DNA of 64,000 bases from Lama glama (lineage: Eukaryota), in contig CM052818.1 of assembly GCA_028534125.1 (NCBI GenBank), forward strand, positions 6,884,001 to 6,948,000, in the 5' to 3' direction. Numbering within the stretch: the stretch's first letter is position 1; every line of letters starts with the position of its first letter. Below, piece after piece: positions 10,760 to 23,034 of the stretch. Position numbers and translations under genes: made by a program. The notes beneath the pieces are model-generated. The model worked only from the letters and a program-made list of their open reading frames with translations. It ran no database searches and had not been told where the DNA came from.

Positions 10760-12836
10760 TTTCTGAGTCGGGACTAGACCAGCAGCATGGCACCATCACT
10801 ACGGCTTGTTGACTCTGAGGAGGGAAGAGTGGGAAAAGTAGAGCCTGAACGCGGGGGCACGAGACCCATAGTTCTTCTAATCCCTCTTTTGATAAACCAC
10901 AATATGGCCTTGAACAAATCACTTGATCTCTGTCTCAGTTTCTTCCGTGGTAAAATAGGATCATACCATCTCCCCTATCTTTATCCATGAGCGGCTGGAT
11001 TACATAAGGTTGGCTATTGGAAGCATTATGAAGTGCCACCTATTCCCAACAAGCCACAACAAAGGTTCTCTTGGTCTTTCCCTGTATCTGTGGCCTCAGT
11101 CACCAAAAGTTTGCACCTATACTGACCACTAAGCCATGATGCTGGGTCATTCGCTTCAGAAGCAGGAGCTGAAGGGTGTTGGATGTAAAACCGGAAAATC
11201 CTGATCAGGAAATAAAAAGTCCCTTCTGGGGCTGGTGGAAATAAAGTAACCCCTTACCTCACCCCCTGCCCCTGTTCTTTGGCCACTGCCTCTCTCTTGG
11301 AGATAAAAAAAAAAGCTACTAGCCTCCCTGTGGGGTACCATAAGCAGGTTAGAACTGGGCAGCCACATTCCCTCCCTGAGCCATTGATCCCTGCAAAAAA
11401 CATCCCCCCAAAAAACAAAAGACTCCTTTACCCCTACAAAACTAGCCTCCTTGACTGATACACTGAAGGTAATAAGCCAAAGACACTCTTAACCTCAATA
11501 TACTTTGTTTTCAGTACCCACCTAAAAGTTAGTATCAAAACCTTAAGGATCTCTAAAGACTCCAAATATCAAGCTGCCAGACACTAGGGCAAAGGCTGTA
11601 TCTCATCAAAGTTTTGATGGGCCACCTCCACCTGTCTTTTTGATACGAAGTTTTGGTAAGAACTTTTTGGTCCCACTCATCAAAGAGGCTTTTTTCTTTT
11701 TTCAATGTAAATGCCTTGGACTTTTTTTGTTGTAGTAGTTTTAAATGAACACACTCTCTCTTAAGTGGCAGACAGTCATCATATTTTCCAGAAAAAATGG
11801 AAACATCAGGAAGTCAAGTCACTTGGCCCAGAGTTTGCTGTTTTTCACCACCTCAGCAATGAGGAGCTTTGCCTTGGTGACTCAAGACAAAACAGGTCCA
11901 AGACTGTGAATCCAGAATTATTGGGAGTCTGGAGGGGGAGCCAGCTCAGCTCCCCACTCAGCTGAACCTGGCCACATCAGTAAATGACTCTAGACTGCAG
12001 TTTTCCCATCTGTGAACTCTGGACTAATGGAGAAACCAAAAGGGGCTGGGGCTTTGGATAACCCACAAAAACTACACTACATTGCAAGGAATGAAGTGCA
12101 ACTTCTAAGAGACACAAAAAGCAGGCCAAGTTAAATGAAGATATTTCTTTCTCCCTCCTCTCTAGAATTCACACCTTCCCACAAATAGAGCCCCTTGAAA
12201 CTCACAATACCCTACAGTGGACATGACTATGGGGGTGGACAGTAACCTGTCCCAGGCCCCCAAGAGAGGCATATTTCTGGGCAATGACCCTCACACAACT
12301 AACCCCACTCTTGTTATCCTTGGGTCTATGGACAACTCTTCAAAAAATTGCCAGCTTCCTCCTTGAAACAGAGGCCACAGATTATAGGCAAGAATGACTT
12401 AACAGATAAATTTAGCCAATGCTCCAAGAAGCTTTTGGGCACCTTGGGGAGAAAAACTGGGTGAGAATATTGGGGCATGGTTGGAACGTTTTATCCAATG
12501 AGGGCAGCTAGAGAGTATAAGGAGTAAAGTACAGGTGAGATGGCTATCTCTTCCCTAACACTCCCATCTAACATCAGGACTGGTTCTTGCTAAAAGATGC
12601 AGCCCTGCTTGAGAATGTCCGGTGCGCCCCCGCTGCCTGCCGTTTGTAAAGGTGTGGTCAGCATGCAAAGACTCCGGACGTTAATTTGATATTTTAAAAA
12701 CGTTAAAGGCCACCAGCAGCTAGTTAGGAATTAACTCTTATGAGTATAGGAGGGTGTGTGTGTATGAACTGGAGTGCGTTAGAAAGCTGGCGTCCCCCAC
12801 TGTGCACTTGGCGAGGTAAGGGGGAAGGGGGCGTTA

Positions 12837-13630
<794 letters not shown>

Positions 13631-13638
13631 ACAGAAGA

Positions 13639-13647
13639 TGATGCAAT
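13639..13647 (+). promoter_or_regulatory. Promoter-proximal C/EBP-ATF response element (CARE/AARE)
   Basis: TGATGCAAT matches the consensus TGATGXAAX. It sits next to the GC and CCAAT boxes of a gene known to be ATF4-inducible. Confidence 0.75.
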
Positions 13648-13689
13648 GAGGGACACGCAAAAGCGAAGGAGCCACCCACTTCACACCCA

Positions 13690-13720
13690 CCGCCCCGCCC
13701 CCCAAGGCTCCGACCAATCA
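13690..13720. promoter_or_regulatory. Tandem GC boxes and CCAAT box
   Basis: CCGCCCCGCCC at 13690-13700 (Sp/KLF) and GACCAATCAG with CCAAT at 13714-13718 (NF-Y context). Confidence 0.7.
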
Positions 13721-14245
13721 GCGCTCCTCCTCGCCCTGCTCCCCGCCACCGGCGCGGAGGGAGGGGCTGCCGGGCCGGGGGCGCCGCCTGAGGCTGCTGG
13801 GGTGCAAAAGGAGCCGGTCAGTCCCGGCGCCCGCACCCGCCTCGGCCCGGCTAACCGAGGCCCACTCCCGGTGACCGCGGAAGGGCGCGGCCTGAGGGGC
13901 GGCCCGGGCTCGCTGGCACCTGCCGAGGCCTCTCGAGCCGGCCGGGGTCTGGGCCCTCGAGATCAGAGGGTCCAGGAGAATCTGGAACGCGGCTGCGTTC
14001 CTTGTCCTGGGGATTGGGGGAGGGGAGGGGTTCTCAACAGGGTTGGTGCTGTCGCCCCCGCGCGGCCGACGGTCGGCGGAGAGCCTGTCCGCCTCTCTTT
14101 CGAAGGGGCCGCGCGCGATGAGGGATCTTGGATGGTCCTCCAGCCGCGTTCTCCTTTGGCGTAAAGTCCCCTTCGCTAGTCCTGTGGGGTTGCGAGTGAT
14201 AAAGCTCGCCGGGGTGCCCAGCGCAGGCCCTGGTCCGGAGATAAA

Positions 14246-14280
14246 TGGTGGGTGGATGGATGGATGGATGGGTGGGTGGA
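14246..14280. repeat. (TGGA/TGGG)n simple repeat
   Basis: tggtgggtggatggatggatggatgggtgggtgga. Confidence 0.85.
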
Positions 14281-15289
14281 AGAATACATTAGAAAAGCCT
14301 TATCACACGCTCATTAAGGGCTCTGATAAAGCTTCACTCTTAAATCCGTAATCCAGTACCTAGGCCCCGCCACTGCGCGCCGCCGGGATAGGCCCTGGGT
14401 CTCCAGGCAGCTGTCTGCGGTATAAACTGAAGGCGCAAAACTCTTTTACAATGAACAGACCTCTCACCACCTCTTCCAGTTGCGTTTCTCCCTTGTAACC
14501 TCAGGTGAAACACACAAGCTACTGGATTTTAACCTCTTCCATCCCCTGGCCCCCAGCCACCGCAGAATAGTGCAGACAGCGGTTTAGCAGCTTGCAAAGG
14601 TGGTTCCTTAATGTTCCCATTAGATTCGTTTCCTTTTTATTTCAACTTTTATTTAAAATCTGCTCTGGTCACGGCAGATATGAGAGAAACCGCTGCAGAG
14701 TCGTTTTACTTTTTAATTTATTTTTAATTTATTATTTAAATTTATTTAAATTTATTAGCTTTTCATATTTTCTCAATCTGCTTTTGAAAGTAATAGTTCT
14801 TTTAAGACTTCTGTGAAAGTGAAGTCTTACCTGTGGCTAACCTGAATTAAGGAGGAAGATAATTTACTATAGATTCCTTGCTGAAAAGGGGTCATCTTGA
14901 AACACGTCAGCACAGGTATCTGTGCAAATTAAAATGTCTTAGTAAGGAACGTTAAGGAGCTGTCCATATTTTGAGACAGCGAGGTTTTTGTTTGTTTGTT
15001 TGTTTTTTGCTATAAATAAGCCAGCCAGGTACTGACTGGAGCTTGTAGGGTTGTGGGGTTTTTTTGTTTGTTTTGTGGGGGGGGTTGAGGGAAAGGGGTA
15101 CATATCAGGTGAAGAGTTTACATATTTTTTATGGTTTTGTAGAGCAGAGTTTATTTCTCCACATGCACTGAAGAAAGAGGAATTTCTACAGCCTCACTCT
15201 CTATTTTGCCAACCAGCCTCTCCCTTTGTTTTGACCACCACTTTTATGCAAAGGATTCTCAAATCATGCTCCTGAAAAGAATTTCCAAT

Positions 15290-15690
15290 TGCCTATTTTA
15301 CTTCTCCACCTGGATATCCTGCAGGCATCCTAACTCAACATCTGGGAGACCAAACTCCTGGCTGCCTTCCTCAAGACTGCTCATCCTGCTGACTGCCCTA
15401 TTTCTGTTACCAGCATCATTGACTTCCCAGTTACCTCTGCTACAAACCTCACAATGACCTTTGATTCTTCCTAGTGTCTCCTCTAAACTGACCAACTGCC
15501 AAGTCCTGCAGACACTTTCTTTCACAGTATTTATCACACCCATCCCTCCTATCCATTCGCAAAACTGCCATACTTATTTCTTCACTTTCTTATCTCAACT
15601 GTCAAAGTGTTCTCCTAATTAGTCTTCCCATCTCCAATGCTCGTCTTATTCCAACCATCCTATATTTTGCCTTGGCTCAGGCCAATCTTC
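15290..15690 (+). mobile_element. L2 fragment
   Basis: 'ctccacctggatatcctgcaggcatcctaactcaacat' and 'ctcctaattagtcttccc' are L2-like. Confidence 0.55.
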
Positions 15691-16826
15691 CTAATGAATC
15701 GTATGCATGTTAGGATTAGGTTCAGCTTCCATCCAACAGAAAAAAAAAAAAAAAGAACAGTGCCTTTTCCCTTGAGAAGACGTCCTAAAGGTTGCACACA
15801 TATTTCCTTTATATTTCATTAACCAGAATTTAGTCACATGACCACATCTAGCTGCAAGAGAAGTTAGGAAATCTAATCTTAATTTGCACCGGAGTAAACC
15901 CAGTTAAAATTTGGGGCTTCTGTTACTCAAGAAGCAGGAAAGAATGATATTGGTGAACAATCCTTCATATCACTTCTTATTCAAAAGCTCTCAGTGGCTC
16001 CCACTGACTTAAGAATATGCACTTCAACCTGACTTTCAAGACTGACCTACCATGATCTGGCCTTGGCTTACTCTCTAGCCTTGTGCCCTCCATGCATGCA
16101 ACAAAAATGAGACTGTCTGATGCTTCCACATTTTCTTGCCTCTGCCACCAGTCCCAGTTCAGATACCACTTCTCTCCCAAAGCCCGTCTTAACTCTTAAC
16201 CCCTTGCTCTAACTCTGCTTGTTGCCAATTGCTTTTTGTGTTGTTCCCCTGTACCTCACAGCTGTGTTAATAGTTAACCCTCAATTGAGAGTAGGGAACT
16301 CCCTGCACTGTTGAGTGGGAGAGCAGTGTTTGGGGGTGCCTTATGCCACACTGAATACATCTGTCATTGAACTAGCAAAACCATCCCTTAAGGAGGAGCT
16401 AGTCTCTTGGGACTTCTTTCAGAGACTGGCTGCCCTGTAGCAGTTCTGCCTACATATGGGGCCTAACAATGGGGCAAACCAAGAAACAGGTGTCCACTCC
16501 TGGCTTCCCCAACAGCTGGTAAAGGGTTTCACTTTCTGCCTTCTTTTTTTCTTTTTTTAATCCCTCTCCTTTTGTTCTTCTATTAAATTTTTTTGTCTTT
16601 TCATAATTTTACATGCTTCTTGCTTGTAGAAATTTAGTATCAATAAACCAACATAAATTGATAAATAATATGTATATTAATAGAAATATATTTATAAAAT
16701 AATAAATAAAAGTTATTGATTCCTGTATTTAGACACTGTCCCTCACAACACTCATAAGTGTTCTCTCTGGGTTCTAGATGTGTAAGTACCAAATTACTAA
16801 AATACCTTAAAAGTGGTCCAGTCTGA

Positions 16827-16862
16827 CACCACTCACCATCACCACCACCACCACCATCATCT
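16827..16862. repeat. (CAC/CAT)n trinucleotide repeat
   Basis: caccactcaccatcaccaccaccaccaccatcat. It explains the poly-His/poly-Val ORF translations. Confidence 0.85.
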
Positions 16863-16879
16863 GATGCTTGAATCTCTCA

Positions 16880-17620
16880 ATAGGTTGGAGTATGGTTCTC
16901 CAAGTATTTCCTCTCCTCTTCCTCCCTTGGATGGGAGTGTACTTAATCACCCCTTTGACTTTGAGCTTGACCATGTGACCTACTTGGCCAATGAAATCAG
17001 CAGAGGAGTCCAAATGTTTTTGCAGAGTTGCACTTGGACTTCTGCATACCTGTGACCTAGCATGCCCCAGGTAGATGCTTCGCCTTCAGCCTGGCACCAG
17101 AACAAAGACACAAGAGTGTGTTTGAATCCAGCCTACAGCCTTGAGCAAGCCCAGCTCCCTCACATCCTAAACAAAATAAATTCCGGTGTTGAAACCCACT
17201 GAATTTTTGAGTCATGCATTATTGTGGCAATAGCCAAGTAATACAAATCCTCTCTTCAACATCTGTTCCAGTTATCTATTACTAAAACAAACCACTCCAA
17301 AATAGAGTGGCATAAAATGACAACCATTTTCTTATGATCATATTTGTAGGCTAGAAATTCAGAGAGAACATAGCAGGTGTGTGTGGGGGTGTCTGGTCTC
17401 TGCTCCATGATGTCTGCAGCCTCAGCAGGGGTGGCCTCATGGCTACCGACTGAGGCCATAAGCCTGTGGCCTCAGTTCTGGCTATCTGCTGGGATCCTTG
17501 GTTTTTTTACACATTCATCTACTGAGGCTGGAATGTCCAATATGACTTGTTCATTCACATTACTGGCACCTGGGCTAGTGTGGCTAGAACAGCTGGGGCA
17601 GGCTCTGTATCTCATCCATT
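16880..17620. mobile_element. Two adjacent old MaLR (MLT1) LTR fragments in opposite orientation
   Basis: 'ccatgtgacctacttggccaatgaaat...gcaatagccaagtaataca' ending ~17244, then an antisense piece starting 'ccagttatctattactaaaacaaaccactccaaaa'. Confidence 0.6.
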
Positions 17621-20020
17621 GTAAAGAAGAATCAATTTCCCTCATTAAAGCAATGGTATGGATTTTTTACTTATGCAGTCAAAGAATGGTATTTTTCCTA
17701 CTTTGTCAAAATAACTGTTTATCACTCCCAATACATTTAGGTGTCAATGAATAATTTGTCTTATACGCACATGCTGGTATCTGCTGGTAAAGATGTTATA
17801 TCAGTTCTAACTTCACACGTGATGATGGTTTTGTATTTTCCACATTATTTCACAAGAATTGCTAGTAGCATCACTAGAATCACATCACAGGGCAGGAATT
17901 ATTTTCTGCCATAAATGGACTGAAAAAAGATAATTATATCCTTCATCACAGGCAAACTTGGGTCCGGAGTGCTTCTTTATCTTTACTGAGAGACACCAGA
18001 TAGTTTAACAACTATACTAAAAAGATGAAACTTCAGTTTAATTCTTCCCATGCTAGCAAAACCCAGCTTTGTAGAAAATGCAATGTGATTTAAAAAAAAA
18101 AACTATTTGCTTTTCAAATAGATCAGATTACTCAGCAAACAGAGTAAGCAAGGTGAAAATCCAAAATAACAAGTTCTTTCTCTCCCATGACAAACAACTT
18201 AGCACAAAGTAGCATACAGAATCAGAGTGTGGGTGACTTTATAATCTCTAATCCTTACTCTAGGCTCCCCCCATATCATCTCTACCTACCAAAAAGAAAA
18301 AAAGTGGGGGAAAGGGCCATAAAGATGTCCCTAGAACCAAAAGGTCAGGTACAGACTCAGATAAACAGTTTGAGTCAACACTAAAAGGGAATTTGGTCCG
18401 AGTGGGAGTAAAAAGCAGGGTGAAACAGAAATAAGATGCCTGTTTCTATGGTTGTAGGGAAAAGTTAAGGCTCTGTGAATGGAGATTTTCTTCTGAGAGA
18501 GGACTGGTGAAATAGGAGCATTGAAAGAGATGAGTTAAAGATGGGAAGACAAGTTCATTTGGTGTCTGTGTTTTGTGGGCAAGGATTATAAGTGTAGGGG
18601 TTTAATTCAATGACACAACCAGAGGTTTACCAAGTTGCTTACTGTAAGTAAATCACTCTGCAAGGCCCATAGAGTAAAATACAAAAAAAGGGGGGGGGAA
18701 TATGGACTACTTGGGGAGCAGACTGAAATGCATATTCCCAAGCCTCAAGGAGGGCCTAGGAATCTGTATTTCAACAAGCCAATCCTCTCACACATCTCCC
18801 CACTCCTATCCCAGATTATTCAATCAAAAGGTATTTACAAGGGAATTGAATGAACAGAGTTTAGCATTAAAAAGAAGTCCAAGATAAAGTCTAGGGCTAG
18901 GCCTTCAAAACCTGCCACTCAAGTCCTTCTTACTGGGTATAGTACTAAGATATGAAAAGCAGGTGGCATTAGAGGGGAGGGGCATTGGCTAGGGTAGACA
19001 AGAAATGGAAATAAATTAGAATGAGTTATAGTTCTCCCAATAATTTATTATGCCTGGCACAAGAATTCACTGACGTCTGTTTGGGAAACAGCAGTGGACT
19101 GTTGAAAAGATAGTTAATCTTTCAATGTAGAACTCAGCACTCCCCAACCTTGACTCTCATCAGAGTCATCTAGGAAGAGATTAAAAAGGACTCCAACTCT
19201 GGAAATTTTGTTTTTGTAGCTCTAGAGTAAGACCCAGGCATCTTTTTGTTGTTGTTCTTCCTATTCACAGATTAATGAGATGTAACAACCATATGCAATG
19301 GGATCAGGATTAAAAGATACCTATAGCATAATATTGAGACAATTAGGGAAATTCCACGTGAACTGTATGTTGAACTTAATGTTGAGTTTCTGAGGTGTGG
19401 CAATGGTGTTCTCGATAATGGCCTCGTTCTTGGGAAAGGATGGAGAATCATTTAGGGATGAAGTGTCAGGTGTTTGCACACCTCTCTTGGATGGCTTGGT
19501 ATAGGGGAAACAGGTGTAACTATAGAGAGAGCAATGTCGTAGGGGAGGCAAGAAGTTAATGGCTGGTACAGCTAGGCGAGGAACACATGGATGCTCACTG
19601 TTTTGTTCTTGAGACTTTTCAGTAGGCTAAAATTTTTTTTCAAAATTACAAAACATTAAATTTTTTACAAGAGAGAATAAACGATGGGAGGGAAAGGCTC
19701 CACCTTTGGTTCTGTTGCACAACAGATTAAGCAACCTTAGTAGGAAGGTATGGGTCACAGGAGCTTGGAGCTGAGAGGTCACTGTAGTCTAAGGCTGTGG
19801 TTCTCCACTCATTTTCTGCTACGACACACATGACAAATGATGCTTACACACAGCACCCACAGCCACCGGTGGACATAAGCTGAGATAAAATTCCTAGCTA
19901 CTGACCTGTAACACAACAGATTTTCTTCCTACTTAAGAAAGAACGTTGGATTGCAAATAAGTGATATTATCTTAGGGATAATTTTGAATTCACTCAAATT
20001 TATTTTAAAAATAATGTGTA

Positions 20021-20165
20021 GGGGGAGGGTGTCAGCTCAAGTGGTAAAGTGTATGCTCAGCATGCACAAGGTCCAGGGTTCAACCCCCAGTACTGCCATT
20101 AAACAAATAATTAAATAAATAGATCTAATTACCTAACCCCTCCAAAAAAATAAAAAACAACTGGA
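20021..20165 (+). mobile_element. tRNA-derived SINE (camelid vic-1-like)
   Basis: 'ggggagggtgtcagctcaagtggtaaagtgtatgctcagcatgcacaaggtccagggttcaacccccagtac' with an A-rich tail. Aligns by eye to the copies at 2710 and 42531. Confidence 0.88.
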
Positions 20166-20534
20166 AAAAAATGTCTGAACTTCCCTACTTTTGTGTGGAA
20201 GGGGTTTGGAAATTCAATAAATCACTCTGAAGGGCAAAGAAAATGCTACCTGTAACTGATCTAATCTTTGTCACGGGCAGTCACACCACTGGGTCATTGC
20301 AGGGAGGAGAAAATGGCTTTACTTAACAGTGAATATAATGGAAGTCTTTTCCAGTTTAAATAGCCTCATGTGGATAACTCAGAGTCTTTTGGTAAATACT
20401 TGTATTTCAGACTTCCTTTCTATCAATAAGTGACTCTACAATGGTGTGATTATAGACAATTCTAAGAGTGGTTACAATTTCTTAAAAACACTGAAGAGTG
20501 GTGCTTCACTAATAAGAAAAGACGCATGGGCATT

Positions 20535-21430
20535 ATGGTAGGTTACAAGGACAGTCCCCATTCTTCACCTCTCCTTGTAATCCGCCCCTCTGTCATGTTA
20601 CTTCTCAGGGTCCTCCAACTCCGTCTGGGCTCAGCCGTATGAGTTTCTTTAGCCAGTAGATATAGTTGACCCAAGGCAAGCACAGGTTTGAAATAGGCTT
20701 ATATACTGGGCTTTTCTATTGTGTCTGTGCCACAGCCATCAGAATGTGCCTGGGCTAGCCTGCTGGAGGATGAGAGATGTGGAGCACAGCTGAGTCCCCA
20801 GGCATCATGGTGCAGGTTATCCTAGATCCACCACCAGCTGGTCAACCCCAAATATGTGAGCAAGCCCACTCAAGACCAGCAGAGCTGTCTAGTCAGCTCC
20901 CCCATCCACCAAAAACATGAGCAATAAATACTTATTGTTGTGTGCCATGGAGGGTTTGTGGTTCTTTGTCACTGTATATTCCAAGTCCTCTAAGAAGCAT
21001 ATGCCAACGTGGGATAAAATGTACAAGGATTTTATTCGGGAGATACCTACGAGAGAAAAGAGGGAGGGAGAGGAACTAGCAGGCTGCCAGAGGGCAATGC
21101 AAGTCTGACCCCAAGTGAACGAAAGAAGGAAGGAAGGATGGGTAGAAACATTCTAACCTATCATTCAGCCAAGAAAGGTCAGCAAAGCTTTACTGGGGAA
21201 CCTCGAGGCAAAGTCAGCTGTCAGAGGTGTCTCAAGCCTTCTGAGAACAGGCTGGTCTTAGCATCCCATCTGCACTCAGCCATTGGCTGGAGCAACCTGT
21301 GGGACACATGGCCTTGGCATAAACTTGGCAGTGGGTTTCAGAGTACACTAATTTGCCAATTAGACTAGTAAGTCTTCAAGGTTCTTTCCTCATGGCTGCC
21401 ACGGTTACACAGCTTTAGTGGTTAAGAGTT
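20535..21430. mobile_element. Old MLT1 LTR with an adjacent or nested ERVL-class (LTR16/33-like) LTR
   Basis: MLT1-type 'atgtgagcaagcccactcaagaccagcagagctg...atgagcaataaatacttattgttg', followed from ~20973 by 'caagtcctctaagaagcatatgccaa...gattttattcggga'. Confidence 0.55.
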
Positions 21431-21467
21431 AACTGATAGAAGCACAGAGACTCCACTTACTTGCAGA

Positions 21468-22150
21468 ACAGCTGTTCTTAATGTGGGTGGTCCTGCCTCC
21501 AAGGGGGCATTTTGGAAATAAATGTCCAGGGGCATTTCTTGGGTGTCATCATGACTGAGGGGGTACTACTGGCATTTAGTGGGTGTGGGCCAAAGATTCT
21601 AGATGTCTTGCAAATCACTGGACCATTCTGCACATCCGTGTGTTCTTCATCAGTTTTAAATGCTCTCTGTGATATCCACAAGGGGAAAATCTGTTTAAAA
21701 TGATCTGATCCAAGGACCTGATTCTGTTTTACACAGAAACATCAAATATTTCTTGCCCACCATAAATATGCACTGCATTTCTAAGACTACAACTGTTGTG
21801 ACATTGAAAAAAGATTGCTTTGTTTCCAATTTTACTGTACTGGTTACCCATGTTACAAAATCATGCCACCAAGCAGCATGCCCTGTGGTGCTTGAATCAT
21901 CAACACAAAGTCCTGAGACAGGCTATATTTGCAGCTGTGGCCACCGTGAGCAATGTGCAAACATTTGACTATTTCATTCTGTGCCATGTGTGATTATTCC
22001 CAAGTATTTACTCAGAATGAAATACATATCATTTTATTATATTGATTTTCCTGAAATTACATGATAGACAGGCTATATTACTTATGAATTTCATTTTAGG
22101 AGAAGGTGCTAGGTATGACATGGACAAGAACCACTCCTACAGGATGAGGG
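21468..22150. mobile_element. Probable hAT-Charlie (MER20-related) remnant; a similar remnant lies near 3005-3300
   Basis: Terminus 'cagctgttcttaatgtggg' and internal 'ggggtactactggcatttagtggg...ccaaagattcta'. Confidence 0.45.
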
Positions 22151-22174
22151 TCTATAAAAGGACTATAAAAAAAG

Positions 22175-22670
22175 GGAACTGTACACTCGTGTTCATAGCA
22201 GCACTATTCACAATAGCCAAAAAAGGAGGAAGCAACCTATGTCCACTGACGAATGGATAAACAAAATGTGGTGTGTGTGTCTTCATGTGTGTAAATATAT
22301 ATATAAAATAGAATATTTAAAAGCCTTTAAAAGGAAGGAAATTCTGACATGTGCTACAACATGGACACACCTTTTAGACATTTTGCTACATGAAATAAGC
22401 CAGACACAAAAGGACAAATATTGTATAATTCCATTTATATGAGAACAGGCAAATGTGGAGAGACAGAAAGTAGAAGGGAGGTTGCCAGGGACTGAGGGAA
22501 GGGGGAAGTGTGAGTTATTGTTTAGTGAGTATACTGTTTCAGTTTTGCAAGATGGAAAGAGTTCTGGAGATTGGTTGCACAACAATGTGAATATACCCAA
22601 CACCATTTAACTGTACACTTAAAAATGGTTAAGATGGTAAATTTTATATTATGTACATTTTACCACAGTA
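22175..22670 (+). mobile_element. L1 (L1MA9/L1MB-like) 3' end
   Basis: 'gttcatagcagcactattcacaatagccaaaa', 'aaaggaaggaaattctgacatgtgctacaacatgg' and 'ctgtacacttaaaaatggttaagatggtaaatttt'. Confidence 0.92.
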
Positions 22671-22886
22671 AGAGAGAGAAAGAGAGAAAGGGAATGTAAT
22701 TCCAGCCCAGGGTCAGACTCTTGAGTAAAATATAAATGGATACTAGTGAGTAAGTGTCCATGAATGTTATATTGATATTTAAATACATAGGTTTATAGGA
22801 ATATGTATACATATCTATTTGATATATTAAAACTGATAAGAAATGATCTGACCCTTGGAGAAACTAGTAACTCAGGAAGTAATACC

Positions 22887-22890
<4 letters not shown>

Positions 22891-22921
<31 letters not shown>
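22891..22921. repeat. Poly(T)31 tract
   Basis: 31 consecutive T. Confidence 0.95.
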
Positions 22922-22925
<4 letters not shown>

Positions 22926-23034
22926 AGTAGGACTTAAAGAAGGTAAAGTTGAATTGGAAGGTTCGGGTGACCTCATGACCTTTGAGCTAGTTACCCACCA
23001 CTGTCCCCCCCCACCCCAGGCCACACTTCTCTCC

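Noticed and set aside
16813..17055. Poly-His ORF
   Set aside because: Translation of a (CAC)n repeat running into an MLT1 LTR.
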